64,000 nt of DNA, taken from contig JAFXMK010000034.1 in NCBI GenBank assembly GCA_017530365.1, positions 3,328 to 67,327 of the forward strand, in the 5' to 3' direction. The notes under the pieces are model-generated. The model had not been told where the DNA came from. It was given only the letters and a program-made list of their open reading frames with translations, and did no database searches. Positions within the stretch are counted from its first letter, which is position 1. Each line of letters begins with the position of its first letter. Positions 61,366 through 64,000 of this stretch are shown one piece after another. A program made the position numbers and the translations under genes. The DNA comes from Bacteroidales bacterium (GTDB lineage Bacteria; Bacteroidota; Bacteroidia; Bacteroidales; F082).

Positions 61366-62467
61366 TATGAAAATAGTTACCATCATAGGGGCAAGACCCC
61401 AGATTATCAAGGCCGCCGCATTGAGTCGCGCTATTAAAGAGCGCTACGCCGACCGTATTCAGGAAATTATCGTTCATACCGGACAGCATTATGACGGCAA
61501 CATGTCGCAAGTGTTTTTCGACGAACTTGGCATTCCGAAACCAGACTACAACCTGCATGTCGGTTCCGCCTCACACGGCGTTCAGACGGCCAAGATGATT
61601 GAAGGCATTGAGCAGATTCTCCTAGATGAAAAACCGGATTATATCGTGCTTTACGGCGACACCAACTCCACCCTAGCGGGTGCCGTGGCCGCTTCCAAGA
61701 TCCACGTGCCCATCGTCCACATCGAAGCAGGGCTGCGCTCGTTCAACAAAAGCATGCCCGAAGAAATCAACCGCATCGTGTGCGACCACTGCTCTACTCT
61801 GCTCTTCACCCCAACACGTGCCGGCTTCGACAACCTCGTCAAGGAAGGATTCAAAGCCAATAATGAAGGTCCTTATACCATCGACAACCCAAAAGTGTAT
61901 CACTGCGGTGACATCATGTATGACAACAGTCTTCATTTCTCCGCCATTGCCGACCAAAAGGCGGATTTGCTGAGCCGACTAGGCTTGAAGGGTAAGCCTT
62001 ATGTATTGGCCACACTGCACCGTGACAGCAACACCGATCAGCCGGAGCGCCTCCATGCCATTCTGGATGCTTTCACGGAACTCTCAAAAGATATCACCAT
62101 CGTCTTGCCAATGCATCCCAGAACGCGCAAGAAGGCGACTGATTTCCATGCGGACAATGTGAGGGTCATTGAACCCGTCTCCTTCCTGGAAATGATACAA
62201 TTGGAAAAACACGCCTGTTTGGTAATGACCGACTCAGGTGGAGTGCAAAAAGAGTCCTACTTCTTCAAAAAGCCGTGCGTGATCCTAAGGCCAGAGACCG
62301 AATGGGTCGAGATTGTCCAAACTGGTGCCGCCACTTTGGTAGATGCCGACTATGACAAGATTATAGTTACCAGCCGACACTATTTACAACATCCTCCGAT
62401 GGACTTCCCTGATATTTTCGGTGATGGCCATGCCGCTGAATTCATGCTTCAATCCATGTTGGATTAA
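61358..62467 (+). CDS. wecB: UDP-N-acetylglucosamine 2-epimerase (non-hydrolysing)
   Basis: 369 aa. Has IVTIIGARPQIIK, VLYGDTNSTLAGA and HIEAGLRSF. An alternative ATG is at 61367. Confidence 0.9.
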   Translation: MNNMKIVTIIGARPQIIKAAALSRAIKERYADRIQEIIVHTGQHYDGNMSQVFFDELGIPKPDYNLHVGSASHGVQTAKMIEGIEQILLDEKPDYIVLYGDTNSTLAGAVAASKIHVPIVHIEAGLRSFNKSMPEEINRIVCDHCSTLLFTPTRAGFDNLVKEGFKANNEGPYTIDNPKVYHCGDIMYDNSLHFSAIADQKADLLSRLGLKGKPYVLATLHRDSNTDQPERLHAILDAFTELSKDITIVLPMHPRTRKKATDFHADNVRVIEPVSFLEMIQLEKHACLVMTDSGGVQKESYFFKKPCVILRPETEWVEIVQTGAATLVDADYDKIIVTSRHYLQHPPMDFPDIFGDGHAAEFMLQSMLD

Positions 62468-62477
62468 GATTATTTCT

Positions 62478-62485
62478 TACTTTTG
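62478..62485 (+). promoter_or_regulatory. -7 box TACTTTTG
   Basis: Matches TAnnTTTG, 40 nt upstream of the ATG at 62525. Confidence 0.5.
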
Positions 62486-62524
62486 CACTTACTTACAATT
62501 TTGATTGTTTAAACTCACTTTATC

Positions 62525-63085
62525 ATGATTAAAAAAGCTACTCTTTTCTTTGTTTTGGCCATATTGGTTACCTTTAGCGCCAAAGCACAAATGTTTGATT
62601 TGTCCAACAATCAACGAATTTCAATGGGTATCAATTTAGGCGCAGCTGGGTACCACCTTGGTTCACAAGGTCTGAACACCACCTATAACGGCTTTGCATA
62701 CGGCGCCAATGTGTCTGTCATGGGCTTTTACATTGATTTCATGCGTCAACCACCAGAGCACAAGTACACCAAGGAAGTTGGACGTGACTGGAATGACCAT
62801 TCGGCATTTACCATCAACGTCGGCTACCAAATCCCCATCACTAGTTATTTGTTTGTCGCCCCTCTGATTGGCTACAGCAATGAGTCCTACGGCATCACCA
62901 AAGGCAACAAATTTGAAATAGGAGACCGCGAACTCATCCACGACTACGATGTCATTGAACGGTTCAACCACTTCAACTATGGACTGCATATCATGGCTAG
63001 AGCATTGGAGACGGTTGAAATCGGCTGTGTTGTCTCGTCACATGCCCTCTACGGAACCCTCAGCTATTCCTTTGGTAAGAAGTAA
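62525..63085 (+). CDS. small outer-membrane beta-barrel protein
   Basis: 186 aa. Signal peptide MIKKATLFFVLAILVTFSAKAQ and an alternating aromatic/Gly strand pattern. Confidence 0.6.
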   Translation: MIKKATLFFVLAILVTFSAKAQMFDLSNNQRISMGINLGAAGYHLGSQGLNTTYNGFAYGANVSVMGFYIDFMRQPPEHKYTKEVGRDWNDHSAFTINVGYQIPITSYLFVAPLIGYSNESYGITKGNKFEIGDRELIHDYDVIERFNHFNYGLHIMARALETVEIGCVVSSHALYGTLSYSFGKK

Positions 63086-63093
63086 CATATAGA

Positions 63094-64000
63094 ATGAAAA
63101 AAACTTGGATCCTTCTGGCTATCCTCTCCTTTTGCGGAGCGATGACGATGGCCCAAACCAAAGAGACTCATGCTTTCGCCGAACGCGACTCGGTACTTTA
63201 TCTCGATGTGCATCGGCCTTTGAAACCGCGTGACGACAAAGCTGCGGTGATTGCGGTGTTTGGTGGTGGCTTCTTTGCGGGTGCACGCGACAACCAGTAT
63301 CAACTTGCCTTGGCCGACTCCTTGACGCTCAGAGGTTATACGGTCATCAGCATCGATTACCGACTTGGACTTAAGGACAGCCTCATGGTGGCTGAACACA
63401 ACAGTTTGTTCAAGTTGACCGACTTGTTCCAATACTGCATCGATATCGCCACCGAGGATTGTGCCGATGCCGTGGCCTGGACGATTGCGCACGCCTCCGA
63501 ACTCGACATTGATCCAAGTAAGATTGTGCTGACCGGCAGTTCCGCAGGTGCCATCACCGTATTACAACTGGATTACTGCCGTGCCAACCATTTGCCTTTG
63601 GTATCTGCGTTGCCTGAAGGATGGAAGCCTGCCGCTGTGATCCCCTACTCAGGAGGCATCTTGTGCAAGAAAAAAGAGTTGAAATACGACACTCCTCCAG
63701 CCCCTACTCTGCTGATGCATGGCACAAAGGACAAGATTGTGGCGTATAAGAGATTTGGAATCCCTTTCAACAGAAAGCTGTTTGGATCGAAAAGCATCGA
63801 CAAGGCCATGAAGCGACAGGACATCCCCCATTGGTTCATCCGTTTCGACGGCATCGGCCATGAGGTAGCCTCATGGTTCCCAGGCTCAGTCGATGTGTTT
63901 TGCAGTTTCGCCGACCAGGCACTCAAAGGACGTTCGAGTAACCTCGACGCTTCCATGACCGACTCTCTATTGCAACCCACTCGTTGGACCAACATGAGTC
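63094..64000 (+). CDS. alpha/beta-hydrolase (esterase/lipase-like), 3' end outside the window
   Basis: Not in the ORF track because it is open at the right edge. Hand translation gives MKKTWILLAILSFCGAMTMAQ..., then an oxyanion-type VFGGGFFAG, the nucleophile elbow LTGSSAGA and a late HGTKD / GIGHE. Confidence 0.7.
   Translation, partial: MKKTWILLAILSFCGAMTMAQTKETHAFAERDSVLYLDVHRPLKPRDDKAAVIAVFGGGFFAGARDNQYQLALADSLTLRGYTVISIDYRLGLKDSLMVAEHNSLFKLTDLFQYCIDIATEDCADAVAWTIAHASELDIDPSKIVLTGSSAGAITVLQLDYCRANHLPLVSALPEGWKPAAVIPYSGGILCKKKELKYDTPPAPTLLMHGTKDKIVAYKRFGIPFNRKLFGSKSIDKAMKRQDIPHWFIRFDGIGHEVASWFPGSVDVFCSFADQALKGRSSNLDASMTDSLLQPTRWTNMS

Noticed and set aside
1-64000. Search for CRISPR arrays, rRNA genes, IS elements, integrases, prophage genes, and restriction-modification or other known defence systems.
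   Set aside because: I see no regularly spaced 25-40-nt direct repeats. I see no rRNA-like conserved blocks, no transposase or integrase motifs (DDE, tyrosine recombinase R-H-R-Y context), and no capsid or terminase-like ORFs. The only repeats are the short junction repeats and coding low-complexity tracts listed above.

Overview
The window is a chromosomal segment that looks Bacteroidota (Bacteroidales/Prevotellaceae-like). TAnnTTTG -7 promoter boxes precede most transcription units. It also has T9SS C-terminal sorting domains, a TonB-receptor/DUF4249 pair and the parA-parB-DUF5683-dapB-lepB-ftsK-lolA backbone. I call about 57 protein genes and 3 tRNAs (Val-CAC, Val-GAC, Glu-TTC). I see no rRNA, CRISPR array, transposase or integrase. 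Most genes are housekeeping: DPP-IV, a four-subunit 2-oxoacid:ferredoxin oxidoreductase, a tricorn-like protease, lpxD-lpxC-lpxA, aminotransferases, ubiE, lplA, miaB, mtaB, rpsT, radC and wecB. Three blocks stand out. (1) 5.0-6.5 kb is a sharply AT-rich, terminator-insulated islet. It holds an SDH-family Clp-fold serine protease tightly coupled to a 67-aa protein, plus a possible Cys-rich micro-ORF, and is a candidate novel defence or TA-like module. (2) 19.6-32.6 kb is a lower-GC island of surface lipoproteins, two T9SS cargo proteins (one fibre-like), a 2084-aa SpvB/FG-GAP/RHS (TcB-TcC-like) polymorphic toxin with an unassigned 267-aa C-terminal domain, and a convergent secreted transglutaminase-like protein. 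It has no TcA-like gene and no same-strand immunity gene. (3) 14.5-19.6 kb is a LexA/CI-like repressor divergent from a Pol IV-DnaE2 mutagenesis operon. Several gene junctions are also built from short tandem 7-8-nt repeats that put stop codons in all three frames. All functional calls come from motif and architecture recognition by eye; I ran no database search.
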